From Actinomycetota bacterium (lineage in GTDB: Bacteria; Actinomycetota; Geothermincolia; Geothermincolales; RBG-13-55-18): a DNA stretch of 64,000 nucleotides. A program made the position numbers and the translations under genes. Position 1 is the first letter of the stretch. Every line of letters begins with the position of its first letter. The notes below the pieces were generated by a model that searched no databases, was not told the DNA's origin, and worked only from the letters and a program-made list of their open reading frames with translations. The stretch spans positions 3,988-67,987 of the forward strand of contig JAQVFR010000003.1 of assembly GCA_028697145.1 (NCBI GenBank), written 5' to 3'. This document shows, in pieces, positions 37,380-47,581 of the stretch.

Positions 37380-38465
37380 CTATTCCCCGCCCGGGGCGAG
37401 GATGTAGGAAACCGACGAAGGACCGGTCAGCGACCAGTCCACCCTTGCCCTCTTCCCCTCCATCGCCTCGTAGAAGGCGGCCAGCCTTCCGGCCATGAAG
37501 TACTCGCTGTAAGGGTTCTCCACCCACACCCTGAGGGCGCCGCCCGCGGTGTATTCCACGTCGGTCGCCAGGCCCTGCCCATAGAGCGGAAGCAGGGAGA
37601 GCATCTCCTGCAGCAGGTCGCTCCTGGCCTCCTCCGAAGTGCTGGTCAGACCAAGGTCGTCCAGCATCTTCAGGGTATAGTCCCTCTCCGCGTCTACGAT
37701 GATGGGGATGACCTCGTCTCCGAGTTCCCGTATGAGCTCCCTCGCCACCAGGGAGAGCAGGAATCCCTCCCAGTTGAGCATGCGTATCCCCCTGCGCTTG
37801 TCGATGATAAGGCCTTCGTCCTCCCGCCATTCCATGTGCCTGATGTCCAGGGGAACGCCGCAGCGGGGGCAGCGGTGGTGGCGGTAGTCGCCGTCTTTCA
37901 CCGGTGGGAACTCGACCTCCAAGCGCTCCGACAACTCCGGCTTATACTCTGTCACCTCGACCCTGAGGAGGTACTCCCCGTCTTCCTTCTTCCAGAACGA
38001 GCGCAACGGCTTTCCCTCCAGGGCCTCGAAAGCGCCGACCACGACCGCCGCCATGAGGTCCAGATCCCAGGGATTGCGCATGCGTGCCACCCCGTATTTC
38101 CCGCTGCGGTATTCGACGGTGCGAGAGCTCGCCGTGCCCGTCATCCACGCCATGTTATTAAAGAAGCGCACGGCGCCGTACTTGAAGGGAGGTATGCGCA
38201 GGGTAAGGCGTATGGTCTGCGACTGCAGGAGTGCCGCGATGACGATGCGCACCGAATTACGCTCCGCCTCGTAGAATATGCGGTTAACGGGAAAGCCCAA
38301 CCCCTCAGAGATACGGCGCCTCAGCTCGGGCAGGAGATCGGCCTCGTAGAATACCTGCCTTATGCGTGAATCCCCCCTGCTGACGATGGTGCCGTTGGAC
38401 TCCCAACGGTTCATGCGACTCACCATCTTGGGAACACCGCATACGCTGCAGCGGCTGTAATGCAT
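37380..38465 (-). CDS. Hypothetical protein with an internally duplicated CxxCG-headed domain (paralogue of 13309..14358)
   Basis: Begins MHYSRCSVCGVPK...; second repeat starts HHRCPRCGVPLD... It shares the ...RRGIRMLNWEG...L..EL....IP.IVDAE... core with the first paralogue. The RBS AGGGGGT precedes the ATG at 38465. Confidence 0.6.
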   Translation of the reverse strand: MHYSRCSVCGVPKMVSRMNRWESNGTIVSRGDSRIRQVFYEADLLPELRRRISEGLGFPVNRIFYEAERNSVRIVIAALLQSQTIRLTLRIPPFKYGAVRFFNNMAWMTGTASSRTVEYRSGKYGVARMRNPWDLDLMAAVVVGAFEALEGKPLRSFWKKEDGEYLLRVEVTEYKPELSERLEVEFPPVKDGDYRHHRCPRCGVPLDIRHMEWREDEGLIIDKRRGIRMLNWEGFLLSLVARELIRELGDEVIPIIVDAERDYTLKMLDDLGLTSTSEEARSDLLQEMLSLLPLYGQGLATDVEYTAGGALRVWVENPYSEYFMAGRLAAFYEAMEGKRARVDWSLTGPSSVSYILAPGGE

Positions 38466-38613
38466 GCCTACCCCCTGCAAAAAAGCTAAAGAAGCCGCCC
38501 CTATTCTAAACCAGAGGATTCTTTCATCTCAACCGCATGCTTGTTAAGTTATGGGCCGCACGACCGTTAAGGCGCCATGATCGCTAGGGGTATGACAGAT
38601 CCTGCCATTGCAT

Positions 38614-38641
38614 CTAGAAAAGCCCGCTGCCCCAAGCGGGC
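38614..38641 (-). terminator. Rho-independent terminator after the acyl-CoA ligase gene (minus strand)
   Basis: Stem gcccgct/agcgggc with loop gcccca, followed on the minus strand by TTTTCT. Confidence 0.5.
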
Positions 38642-38725
38642 CAACACGCGTCATCGGCCAGTTCCACTTGCTGCCGGTCGCCCATGCTCGCATACGCGCC
38701 GTCTGGCGAGTATTCTTAGGAGTAT

Positions 38726-40306
38726 TTATGTCTTGGATTTGCCCTCAAACTCCCGCCGCAACTCCCGCTTGAGAACCTTACCGCTAGCCGTCATTGGCAG
38801 CGCCGGCCGGACATAAACCTTCTTGGGGACTTTGTACCCGGCCATGTTCTTTTTGCAGAAAGCGATGATCTCTTCCGGGGTTACCTCCACATCCGGTTTG
38901 GGGACGACGATCGCCGTCACAAGCTCCATCCAGTAAGGATCGGGAACCCCGATGACCGCCGCCATGGCCAGCTTCGGGTGCTGGAGTAGCGTTCCTTCTA
39001 CTTCCTGGGAGGAGACGTTTTCTCCGCCCGTCTTTATCATGTCCTTTTTCCGGTCGACAAAATAGAACCAGCCGTCTTCGTCCATATAGCCTAGATCCCC
39101 GGTATGCAGCCAGCCGTTGGCTAATGCTGCCGCTGTAAGATCTTGTTTCTTCCAGTAACCCTTCATCACTGCTGCAGACCGGATAACCAATTCTCCCACC
39201 TGTCCAACCGGTACCTCACGATCATTGACGTCGAAAACCCTTACCGCCACGCCCGTATCGGGGATACCGATAGCGTTCCGTTTCTGATCGAATGCTTCCG
39301 GGCTGGAAGTCGTTCCCACAGGGCTGCTCTCCGTCTGTCCCCAGTAATTCCGCCACTGGGTGTCCGGATTGATCCCCTTCCAGCGCTCTATGACCACATT
39401 CGGGATGACGGCACCAAAGGAAACGAATTTCTTCAATGAAGACAGATCGTACTCGTCGAACCCCGGGATAGAGGGAATGGCGGCATAGAGGGTGGGCGGA
39501 TACACCCAGTAGGTTATCTTTTCATCCTGCGTCACCTTCAGGGTTTGTAATGGATCCGGGGCATAGGTGATTACCGCCCGTGCTCCGGTGGCCAGCACTC
39601 CCAAGAGGACGGTGTTGCCAGCGACATGAAACATCGGGATGTCGATGATAAAGGCGTCATCGCGTGTGAAGTTGGCATCCGGAATGAGGTGAAGGAGCGA
39701 CATGTAGTAATTGAGATGAGTGGTCATGACGCCCTTGGGAAAACTCTCCGTTCCGGTAGTATAGATAAGGGTCGCCACGTCGTCGGAATCGATGATGACC
39801 TCCGGCTCCGTTGCCGGATACGCGCCGTTGAAAAAATCGCCGACATCTATCCAGCCATCCGGCTTTGGCTTCTTGCCGAAATTGAGCCAGCCGAAATGCT
39901 CGATGCCCTTTAGCCCATCTTTCACCGAGAGCACGTTTTCCGTGAGCATATCCTCCACGAAAAAGGCCTTGGGCTCGGCATCGCCGATGATATAACTTAT
40001 TTCCTCGCCCTTGAGCATGAAATTCAGCGGAACCGTGATCGCCCCGAGCTTGGCCAAGCCGAAACAGCAATAGAGATAATCCATACAGTTGTGGGTCATA
40101 AAGGCAACCCGGTCTCCACGCTTGATCCCCAGTTCGGCAAAGGCGTTGGCCGCCATGCAGCTCTTCTCGTTAAGCACCCTGAAGCTGATGCGCTCTTCTC
40201 CATAGATGAATACGGTTCTTTCCCGGAAACGCGCCGCCGACCGGCTGACCAGATCGCCTATGACCGCTCGTCTCAAAAGGTTCTCGTGCAACTCATCCAA
40301 AACCAT
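38726..40306 (-). CDS. AMP-dependent synthetase/ligase (acyl-CoA synthetase), second copy
   Basis: YTTGTESFPKGVMTTH, TGDLGYMDEDGWFYFVDRKKDMIKTGGENV and a C-terminal lid domain. The RBS GGAGGGAGG precedes the ATG at 40306. Confidence 0.85.
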   Translation of the reverse strand: MVLDELHENLLRRAVIGDLVSRSAARFRERTVFIYGEERISFRVLNEKSCMAANAFAELGIKRGDRVAFMTHNCMDYLYCCFGLAKLGAITVPLNFMLKGEEISYIIGDAEPKAFFVEDMLTENVLSVKDGLKGIEHFGWLNFGKKPKPDGWIDVGDFFNGAYPATEPEVIIDSDDVATLIYTTGTESFPKGVMTTHLNYYMSLLHLIPDANFTRDDAFIIDIPMFHVAGNTVLLGVLATGARAVITYAPDPLQTLKVTQDEKITYWVYPPTLYAAIPSIPGFDEYDLSSLKKFVSFGAVIPNVVIERWKGINPDTQWRNYWGQTESSPVGTTSSPEAFDQKRNAIGIPDTGVAVRVFDVNDREVPVGQVGELVIRSAAVMKGYWKKQDLTAAALANGWLHTGDLGYMDEDGWFYFVDRKKDMIKTGGENVSSQEVEGTLLQHPKLAMAAVIGVPDPYWMELVTAIVVPKPDVEVTPEEIIAFCKKNMAGYKVPKKVYVRPALPMTASGKVLKRELRREFEGKSKT

Positions 40307-40434
40307 GGCTTCCTCCCTCCAAATATGATTTGTTCCAGACCCTCTTGAAGCCATATGTGCTCCCCCCTCCATATTTCCTCTCTTTCCCAAAGCGGCCTGA
40401 CCTCGGCTTCCCCCCCTGGCCGCCGAAGTGGCGA

Positions 40435-41883
40435 CTAGCCAGTGATTCCGCATAGCCGTCTGGCCGATTCGATGGCCTCCTGCCGGTACGGGGCTTGCTT
40501 AGAGAACTCAAAAAGCTCCATCTTGCAGGCCTGCCCGGATCCCCCGCCGTGCGTAGCGGAGTGCAGTATGGAGCCAAGTCCCCATGAGATATTCTCGATG
40601 AGTCTGACCATGCGAATCCTGTGTTCCGCGGGGACATCGTCCACGCCCTTGAGGAAACGCTCCAGGAAAGGCGCGATCTCGGGGTTGTTCATCTCCTTCT
40701 CGCTCGGGCAGCAGGAAAGGATACCCCCGGTTATGTCCTCGGCCAGCCTGATGAGATCGAAGACGGCGCGCGATGCGTAGTACTTGGCATTATTGGCGAG
40801 CACGGGATCGGATACGTAGCCGCCTCCGGGAAGTTCGTAGCCGCGCATGGCGGCAGCGATCCCGCAGGAATACACGGTTTCAGTGATAGCGATCATGTCC
40901 GCCAGCTTGTCCCGGACGTGGGCGGAATCCTCCAGGCCATTGTAGCGCGCCACGAGTTGAGTCGCGGCCACCAGCACGTCGGCCCATCCCGCCTTGCAGC
41001 CACCCGTGGTGGGACGGTGTGATGAGCCGAAGAGGCCGACCAGTTCCTCGAGGTAATCCACCTCCCCGCAGAGGAATACCCGCTCCCAGGGAACGAAAAC
41101 GTCGTCGAACACAACAACGCATTCGTGCACCCCGTAACGGCTGTTGCCCAGGTCTATATCCGCCCCTTTTTGCCGGCGCTCGTCCTGTGAATGGCGCACC
41201 GATATATGAATCAGCCCCGGCGCGGTGGTGGGTACCGCACAGGCCACAGCGTAATCCTCGGAGCCCCGACGGTGGGTCGTGCAGGGCAACACCAGCTTCT
41301 CGTGCGAGATGGCGGCTCCGGTCTGGTGTAGCTTCGCTCCCCTAAGCACTATACCATCGCCGTTCTTTTTCACCACGCGCAAATACATGTCCGGGTCGGA
41401 TTGATCGCATGCCTTGATCTTACGGCCTCCCTTGGGGTCGGTGATGGCGGGGCAGGCCAAAAGGTCATTCTCCTGCATGTACCTTATCCAGTCGGACACA
41501 TTGCGATGATAGGAGGTGCCATTGTCCGCATCCACCTTCGCGGCGATATACAGCAGGGGCGCGTAGGCGTTCTGGATACAGCGGAAGGAGCACATACCAA
41601 GTTGGCGGTTGCAGTAGCGGGTCACGTTTACTTTGGCCACCAGCTCATCTGCGTTCTGTGGGACGTGTTGGAATATAGGCACCGGCTCCCCGCTAAGATG
41701 GGAGGTTGTGATGACCTTGTCCCTGTATGCGGGTTCGCATGCCAGATCGTAGGTGAAGGCTACCGCCTCGGCGGCGGCCTGCACCGACGGGTGGTCCATG
41801 GCGCTATCGACCTTCCCGCCATCGATGTAGAGCGGCAGTTTCATGTCTCTGACGCTCTGCAGGTACTCTTTCCCCGTTCTCAT
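40435..41883 (-). CDS. 4-hydroxybutyryl-CoA dehydratase/vinylacetyl-CoA delta-isomerase family protein (AbfD-like, FAD/[4Fe-4S])
   Basis: Recalled alignment to Clostridium AbfD covers TDPKGGRKIKACDQSDPDMYLRVVKKNGDGIVLRGAKLHQTG, GADIDLGN...VVFDDVFVPWERVFLCGE and HRPTTGGCKAGWADV. The Cys of CSFRC and the H-x6-C motif are conserved, consistent with the cluster ligands. The ATG at 41883 has GAAGGGAG 8 nt upstream; an alternative start is at 41889. Confidence 0.8.
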   Translation of the reverse strand: MRTGKEYLQSVRDMKLPLYIDGGKVDSAMDHPSVQAAAEAVAFTYDLACEPAYRDKVITTSHLSGEPVPIFQHVPQNADELVAKVNVTRYCNRQLGMCSFRCIQNAYAPLLYIAAKVDADNGTSYHRNVSDWIRYMQENDLLACPAITDPKGGRKIKACDQSDPDMYLRVVKKNGDGIVLRGAKLHQTGAAISHEKLVLPCTTHRRGSEDYAVACAVPTTAPGLIHISVRHSQDERRQKGADIDLGNSRYGVHECVVVFDDVFVPWERVFLCGEVDYLEELVGLFGSSHRPTTGGCKAGWADVLVAATQLVARYNGLEDSAHVRDKLADMIAITETVYSCGIAAAMRGYELPGGGYVSDPVLANNAKYYASRAVFDLIRLAEDITGGILSCCPSEKEMNNPEIAPFLERFLKGVDDVPAEHRIRMVRLIENISWGLGSILHSATHGGGSGQACKMELFEFSKQAPYRQEAIESARRLCGITG

Positions 41884-41931
41884 CGTCATTTGCTCCCTTC
41901 GAATCGATGTTCCTTACCGCTAGCCCCGTCC

Positions 41932-42516
41932 TCACTGCCCCCCCGGCCGTTTTGCGCAAGCCCTGGTAATGAACTCCAGAAAGAGACTCGCGACCTCGTC
42001 TGTTGTCAACGGCCCACTCTTTCTGTACCAAACGGGAAGCCAGTTGCACATGCTCGAGATAATGCGCGCGGTCATGGGCACGTCTATCTCCTCGAATGTG
42101 CCTTCCTCGACCGCCTGCTCGAGGGCAGCCCGCAGTATCCCCTCGTATTCCCGGCTCAATGAGCGGATGCGCGCCCTCTGCCGCGCCGGAAGCTCCTTCT
42201 CCTCCGCGAAAAAGACGCTGGCGAAGTCGCCGTACTCCGAGAACAGGGAGAGGTGCATGCAAAAGAGCTCTGCCAACTTCTCCCTTGCCGTCATCGTGGA
42301 GTTGTCGACCTCGCGTGCCTGGTTGAGTAGCTTGCTGACCGCCTGGTCGCAGATGCTGTAGAGGAGATCATTCTTCGCCTCTATGTAATGGTAGAGCGTG
42401 GGCTTGGAGATTCCCAGTTCGGAGGCGATATCCTCCAGTGTAGTGGAACTGTACCCCTTCCTGCTGAAGAGCGCTGCGGACGTATTTAGGATCTCCCACC
42501 AGCTGGTCTTGGCCAC
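41932..42516 (-). CDS. TetR/AcrR-family transcriptional regulator
   Basis: Helix-turn-helix ALFSRKGYSSTTLEDIASELGISKPTLYHYIEAK. GTG start follows the RBS AAAGGA. Confidence 0.85.
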   Translation of the reverse strand: MAKTSWWEILNTSAALFSRKGYSSTTLEDIASELGISKPTLYHYIEAKNDLLYSICDQAVSKLLNQAREVDNSTMTAREKLAELFCMHLSLFSEYGDFASVFFAEEKELPARQRARIRSLSREYEGILRAALEQAVEEGTFEEIDVPMTARIISSMCNWLPVWYRKSGPLTTDEVASLFLEFITRACAKRPGGQ

Positions 42517-42794
42517 GTCTTGATCCTTTCGTCGACCACATGGGAAACTGATAGCCTTCAGTATAGCACATATCTACTGGCTAGTATATCCTTCATCATT
42601 ATTTAGTTAAAGCAACCATTTGCATTATATACTCTATTTGCAGGGATATTACTATTTTATATAATGGTGTTAATTACCTTATCTACCCTTCAGTATTTAT
42701 AGACGCGCCTTTTCTTCACTGTTTCCAGATAAGCTTCTCTGGCCTGATCCGCAATGAGGTCGGTGATACTCCGAGATTTCATTCATCCTCCAGG

Positions 42795-42958
42795 TTCGCC
42801 GCCTTTACCGGGCTTGTTCCTTCGACTTATGCCTCTGGAGAAAAGATATGCCATGGTTGGATTACCAGGCAGTGCAACAAGTGTCTGGGGTGAGCCTTCA
42901 TCGAGGCGGTGACCCCCGCCGTCTGGATATCACCGTGAAGCATGTTCCTATTACGAGC
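42795..42958 (+). pseudogene. IS110-family transposase C-terminal fragment (frameshifted remnant)
   Basis: Translations read RFAAFTGLVPSTYASGEKI(C)HGWITRQCNKCLG in one frame and then AFIEAVTPAVW in another. This matches the conserved IS110/IS1111 C-terminal block (GLVPS.YSSG....GRITK.GN..LR..L.EAA.) with one frameshift. It lies next to a sharply AT-rich stretch at 42540..42720. Confidence 0.5.
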
Positions 42959-43243
42959 GCATCAAGAGGCGGAAGGGAGCCAGGGACACCAAAGAGCGAC
43001 GGTGAGTAAATTGTCCGAGATAGCACGGTGTGTGGACGGAGGAGTATCCCAATTAGGCGCAATAGAAAGTAAGGGATCGGCCCTCTTAAATTTCTGGGTT
43101 TATTGACCTATGGAGGCGATCCGCAGGCTAGGTGGTCATATGGAAAGCCTACAACCACACTTTAGCCACAATTTCAGCCACAGTGACGATTCGGTGGTCA
43201 GTCTCCCCCATTCCCCTCAGGATAAAACCGCTGGTAAACATGG

Positions 43244-43328
43244 TGGTGCCCGGGGCGGGAGTCGAACCCGCACGAGTTTCCCCGAGGGATTTTAAGTCCC
43301 TTGTGTCTACCGGTTCCACCACCCGGGC
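43244..43328 (-). tRNA. tRNA-Leu (anticodon UAA), type II with long variable arm
   Basis: Minus-strand sequence GCCCGGGTGGTGGAACCGGTAGACACAAGGGACTTAAAATCCCTCGGGGAAACTCGTGCGGGTTCGACTCCCGCCCCGGGCACCA. It has a 7-bp acceptor stem, anticodon loop CUUAAAA, a GGTTCGA T-loop and an encoded CCA. Confidence 0.85.
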
Positions 43329-43488
43329 ACGCCGCTTATAACCTGTGCATGAGGCCTCCCCGCGAAGGCAACCCCATGCTAGCACCGCCTATTTTCAGCG
43401 TCAATCAAAGCTCCCACGCGTGATCGTATCGGTTCGGGGCAGCAGCACGTTACGATGTTCGAGGGGATCAGCGGCGAGGACAGGCGGC

Positions 43489-43884
43489 TCAACCCGCGGA
43501 ACGGTTTGCGCACGTGGTGTTGAGGGCGGAACGGATTACCTTCACTAGCTCGGCGGGCTGGAAAGGCTTGGTGAGATACGATGCTGCCCCCAACCTGAGG
43601 GCTTTTTCGCGTTCCTGGCGCCGGTTGCAGGCGGTGAGGACGACCACGGGTATATCCCGTGTCTCCTCGTCCGACTTGAGCATGCGCAGGACATCGAAGC
43701 CATTCAGTTCGGGCATCATGATGTCCAGGATGATGAGGTCCGGCTTTCCCGCGGTCACACTATCCCTTGTGCTCTCATTCGAGCCAAGGCCGGTGATCCT
43801 GTAACCTTCTACCTCGAGGATTATCTGGAGCAGGCGATGAACGGCGGGCTCGTCGTCGATGACCATGATCTTCTTCTCGCTCAT
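43489..43884 (-). CDS. Single-domain response regulator (CheY-like receiver)
   Basis: IMVIDDEP...DLIILDIMMPELNGFDVLRMLK...PVVVLTA...K. The ATG at 43884 follows the RBS GGGAGAGGG. Confidence 0.8.
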   Translation of the reverse strand: MSEKKIMVIDDEPAVHRLLQIILEVEGYRITGLGSNESTRDSVTAGKPDLIILDIMMPELNGFDVLRMLKSDEETRDIPVVVLTACNRRQEREKALRLGAASYLTKPFQPAELVKVIRSALNTTCANRSAG

Positions 43885-44057
43885 TGCCCTCTCCCGGCCT
43901 CGTATCATGAAGAAAGAGATTCCCATAACGATAAGGAGCGCTTTCGCGCCCCACATAAGTCTATACTTTTCGCGCCGCCAGCGCTACCACTTTTTACCTG
44001 AGATTTTATCTCATATTCTCCCACTTGGAGCCTCGGCCTTGCGCATGTGAGCCATCC

Positions 44058-45014
44058 TCACGCGCCGCACCCACGTGCCGCGGTGATGGCCAGGCCATCA
44101 AGGATATCCTTCTCGCTGACAAGCAGGCGCTCCCATCCCAGCTCGCGCAGGAACACGACCAGCACCGCGGTCCCACCCACGATGACATCGGCCCGGCCGG
44201 GCTCCAGCCGCATGAATTCCTTCCTCTCGGCCAAGGGGAGCGCCTGGAGAAACCGATATATCTCGGTGATCTCCTCTCGACTCAACCAGGAATGGTGGAT
44301 TGCATCCCCATCGTATTCCTCCAGCCCCTGCCTGATCCCGGAGATGGTGGTGACCGTTCCCGCCAGCCCCACCATGAGCCGCGGAGAAAAGCCGGCGATG
44401 CGCATGACGTGGGGGCAGAGCACGGAACCGATATATTCCTCCATCTCCCGCACCTCCTGCGCGCGTGGCGGGTCTCCGACCAGGAACCTCTCGCTCATGC
44501 GCACGCAGCCGACGTCCAGGCTGAGTTCCTCCACGATAGCTCCGTCCCGTCCCAGGATTATCTCCGTCGAGCCGCCTCCGATATCCACCACCAGAACGGT
44601 ATCGCGGCGGGGACACAATTCCCCCAGGTCGTAGGTGGATCCCAGGAAGGAGAGCTGCGCCTCCTCCCGGCCTGAGAGCACGCGCGGCCTGGTACCCATG
44701 ATCCGCTCCACCAGGCCCAGGAACTCCCCGGCGTTGGACGCGTCCCTGGCGGCGCTGGTCGCCGCCACCTCGCAGGCCATCACGTCTTCCCCGCGCATCA
44801 GTTCGCGGTAGTCGCGCAGGACCTCCGCCGTGCGCTGCATGGCCATCGCATCAAGGCTCCCCGTTTCGTCCACGCCCTGTCCAAGGCGGGTTATCTTCAT
44901 GATGCGGTGCATGGTCCGTATTTCGGGCGAAGCGGCCGCACCCGAGACCTCGGCCACGAGCAGGCGGACCGAGTTGGTGCCGATATCCACGCCCGCCACG
45001 CGTATCGCCCTCAT
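44058..45014 (-). CDS. ppx: Ppx/GppA-family phosphatase (exopolyphosphatase/pppGpp phosphohydrolase)
   Basis: VAGVDIGTNSVRLLVAE and DIGGGSTE, an ASKHA fold. ATGA overlap with the upstream DUF501 gene. Confidence 0.8.
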   Translation of the reverse strand: MRAIRVAGVDIGTNSVRLLVAEVSGAAASPEIRTMHRIMKITRLGQGVDETGSLDAMAMQRTAEVLRDYRELMRGEDVMACEVAATSAARDASNAGEFLGLVERIMGTRPRVLSGREEAQLSFLGSTYDLGELCPRRDTVLVVDIGGGSTEIILGRDGAIVEELSLDVGCVRMSERFLVGDPPRAQEVREMEEYIGSVLCPHVMRIAGFSPRLMVGLAGTVTTISGIRQGLEEYDGDAIHHSWLSREEITEIYRFLQALPLAERKEFMRLEPGRADVIVGGTAVLVVFLRELGWERLLVSEKDILDGLAITAARGCGA

Positions 45015-45562
45015 CGCCTCCCCTCTTCCCTCAGGAAGGGGCCGCAATTCCCTTCGCACTCCCGCTCCTGCGCCCCGCTCAGCTCCTCCGCCACTTCCGC
45101 CCCCACCGGGTTATCTCCTCCCGCGAGGAAATGGGCCAGGTGAGCGTGGAGGCATTTCAATCCCCCGGCCACCGTCCCACCGATGCCCTCCCGGCCGGAG
45201 AAATACTCTCTCGCCTTTTCCCCCGCCCCCAGTCTATCCGCCCATTTCTCCCTCTCCACGGCATAGTCGCGCTCCGCCTGCCGCAGCGCTTCAGCGAATC
45301 CCGGCACCTCCTCCGCCTTGCGCCGCAGAAGCCCTCGCAACTCCCCGCTCTCCAGGCCGGAGACGCGGCGCTGCAGCAAGGGGCATGTGAGCCAGAACAG
45401 CGTGGGGAAAGGCGTCCCGTCGGGAAGCAGTGGAGGGTTGGCGATCACCTCGACCACGCCGTGAGGGCAGCGGGCGGCCACCCTCACCTCACCGCGCACT
45501 GGCCGGCCGAGCTGTCTCCCCAGCGTCTTCAAGTCTTCCGTCCCCGGGGATTCGTATTCCAT
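45011..45562 (-). CDS. DUF501-domain protein (actinobacterial partner of ppx)
   Basis: Conserved syntenic position before ppx as in Actinomycetota; has CPHGVVEV... and C..H.H motifs. Start is uncertain (ATG at 45562 or GTG at 45607). Confidence 0.5.
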   Translation of the reverse strand: MEYESPGTEDLKTLGRQLGRPVRGEVRVAARCPHGVVEVIANPPLLPDGTPFPTLFWLTCPLLQRRVSGLESGELRGLLRRKAEEVPGFAEALRQAERDYAVEREKWADRLGAGEKAREYFSGREGIGGTVAGGLKCLHAHLAHFLAGGDNPVGAEVAEELSGAQERECEGNCGPFLREEGRR

Positions 45563-45705
45563 GGATAACTCGATCGCAGATAATCCCGGGCCTTCAAGGC
45601 ACCGCACGTTTCCCCGGGGCAGCCCGGGCCGGGCTTGGCTTGCGGCTCACTTCTTCCCTTTCATGACCTCACGGCGCCGCGTATGCCGAAGCGCCCACCG
45701 GACGA

Positions 45706-46140
45706 TTATTTCTTGTGCGCGATGAATATCTTTATCGTCGCCAGCACCAGTTCCTCGTCCCGCTGGTTCTTGATCTTCTGCTGGATGGTGACCACCCCGC
45801 CGAGTTCGCCCTTGTCCTTCTTCTCCACCGTCTCCGCCTCGACGCGGATGGTATCCCCGATCCTGGTAGGGCCGACGAAGCGCACCTTGTCCATGCCGTA
45901 AAAAGCGACGATGGCCATCTCGGTCACGGGCATGAGGCCCGAGGCGGCGGACATGACCAGCAGGCCGTGGGCGATCCTCTCGCCGAAGGGGGTCTTGGAA
46001 GCCCATTCCTTGTCGATGTGCAGCGGGTACCAGTCTCCGCTGAACATCGCGAAGTTCACAATGTCCGCCTCGGTGATGGTGCGGCCACGGCTCACGAACA
46101 CCTCCCCTTCCTTGAAATCCTCGAAGTACTGCATGTTCAA
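45706..46140 (-). CDS. MaoC-like (R)-specific enoyl-CoA hydratase (hot-dog fold)
   Basis: FAMFSGDWYPLHIDKEWASKTPFGERIAHGLL, a hot-dog dehydratase signature. Confidence 0.8.
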   Translation of the reverse strand: MNMQYFEDFKEGEVFVSRGRTITEADIVNFAMFSGDWYPLHIDKEWASKTPFGERIAHGLLVMSAASGLMPVTEMAIVAFYGMDKVRFVGPTRIGDTIRVEAETVEKKDKGELGGVVTIQQKIKNQRDEELVLATIKIFIAHKK

Positions 46141-46426
46141 CCATCCTCCTTGCCTGCTACATGAACGCCGAACCTGTCAGCATGATTATATATCAACTAA
46201 GGTCGGGGTTTCGCTCGGCCTCCGGTTTCCCGGCTTGCTCGCGGAGCTTTGCGGGGAAAACCGCGGCGGTGCTTGAACCTTGCCGGCCCCCGCGGCCTCG
46301 ACCCGTTGCGAACCCGGATACGCGAGCACGCCAGAGCTTGAAATCCTCGCTGGTTGAGGTTATCTTATTATTGTTCCCGGAATGTTAAGTTGCGGTTAAT
46401 AATCCGTCCGGCGAAAGGAGCAGGGA

Positions 46427-47581
46427 ATGGGATCAAGTCCTTATTTCACCGAGGAACACGATATGCTCAGGCAAAGCATACGGGAGTTCGTGGAGAAGGA
46501 GCTGGCGCCCCACGCCGAGGAGTGGGAAGAGGAGGAGATGTTCCCCAACTGGGTCTTCAAACGCATGGGCGAACTCGGCTTCCTCGGGCTGCGTTACCCC
46601 GAGGAGTACGGGGGAGGCGGCGGGGATTACTTCACCGAGATCGTGCTCATGGAGGAAATAACCCGCTGTGGGTCGGGCAGCCTGGGCATGGCCGTAGGTG
46701 TGCAGGTGGGAATGGCCACCCCTCCCATCCTCAAGTTCGGCAACGAGGAGCAGAAGCAGAAATACCTGGTTCCGGCAATAGCCGGCGACAAGATCGCCTG
46801 CCTGGGCATCACCGAGCCGGGCGCCGGGTCCGACGTAGCCAGCCTGACCACCTACGCAGAGAAGGTCGACGGTGGCTGGAAGGTCAACGGCAATAAGATA
46901 TTCATCACCAACGGCTGGCGCGCCGATTTCATGACCCTGGTGGCGCGCACCGAGAAGGTCAAGGGCTACAAGGGGATCAGCCTGTTCCTGGTGGACTGCG
47001 ACACCCCCGGTTTCGTGAAGTCCCGCAAGCTGGACAAGGTGGGGTGCCGCGCCTCTGACACGGCGGAGATCTTCTTCGAGGACATGTTCATCCCCGACGG
47101 TTCCATGCTGGGCGAGGAGGGCAAGGGCTTCTACCACATAATGTGGGAGCTGCAGGGCGAGAGGCTTATCGCGGCCGCCCTGTCCGTAGCCGGCTCGAAG
47201 CTGGTCCTGCAAGAGGCCATTCAGTACACAAAGGAGAGGGAGCAGTTCGGCAAGCCCATCTGTAAGAACCAGGCAATCGCCCACCGCATCGCCGACCTGG
47301 CGACCAAGCTCGAGGCCTGCGAGGCGTTCCTCTATTCCTGTGCGTGGAAAGTCAACCAGGGAGAATTCCCGGCGGGTGAGATATCCATGGTCAAGCTCAT
47401 CAGTTCCCTGGTGGCCTGCGAGGTGGCCGACGAGGCCATGCAGTTCATGGGCGGCTACGGCTACATGATGGAGTACCCGGTGCAGAGGTCGTGGAGGGAC
47501 TCGCGCCTGGGGCGCATCGGCGGCGGTACCGACGAGATCATGCGGGAGATCATCGCCACCACCATGGGCCTGTACGCCTGA
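46427..47581 (+). CDS. Acyl-CoA dehydrogenase (classical short/medium-chain type)
   Basis: Begins MGSSPYFTEEHDMLRQSIREFVEKELAP...; has YGGGGGDYF, GITEPGAGSDVAS and a C-terminal MQFMGGYGYMMEYPVQRSWRDSRL. The RBS AAAGGAG is present. Confidence 0.9.
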   Translation: MGSSPYFTEEHDMLRQSIREFVEKELAPHAEEWEEEEMFPNWVFKRMGELGFLGLRYPEEYGGGGGDYFTEIVLMEEITRCGSGSLGMAVGVQVGMATPPILKFGNEEQKQKYLVPAIAGDKIACLGITEPGAGSDVASLTTYAEKVDGGWKVNGNKIFITNGWRADFMTLVARTEKVKGYKGISLFLVDCDTPGFVKSRKLDKVGCRASDTAEIFFEDMFIPDGSMLGEEGKGFYHIMWELQGERLIAAALSVAGSKLVLQEAIQYTKEREQFGKPICKNQAIAHRIADLATKLEACEAFLYSCAWKVNQGEFPAGEISMVKLISSLVACEVADEAMQFMGGYGYMMEYPVQRSWRDSRLGRIGGGTDEIMREIIATTMGLYA

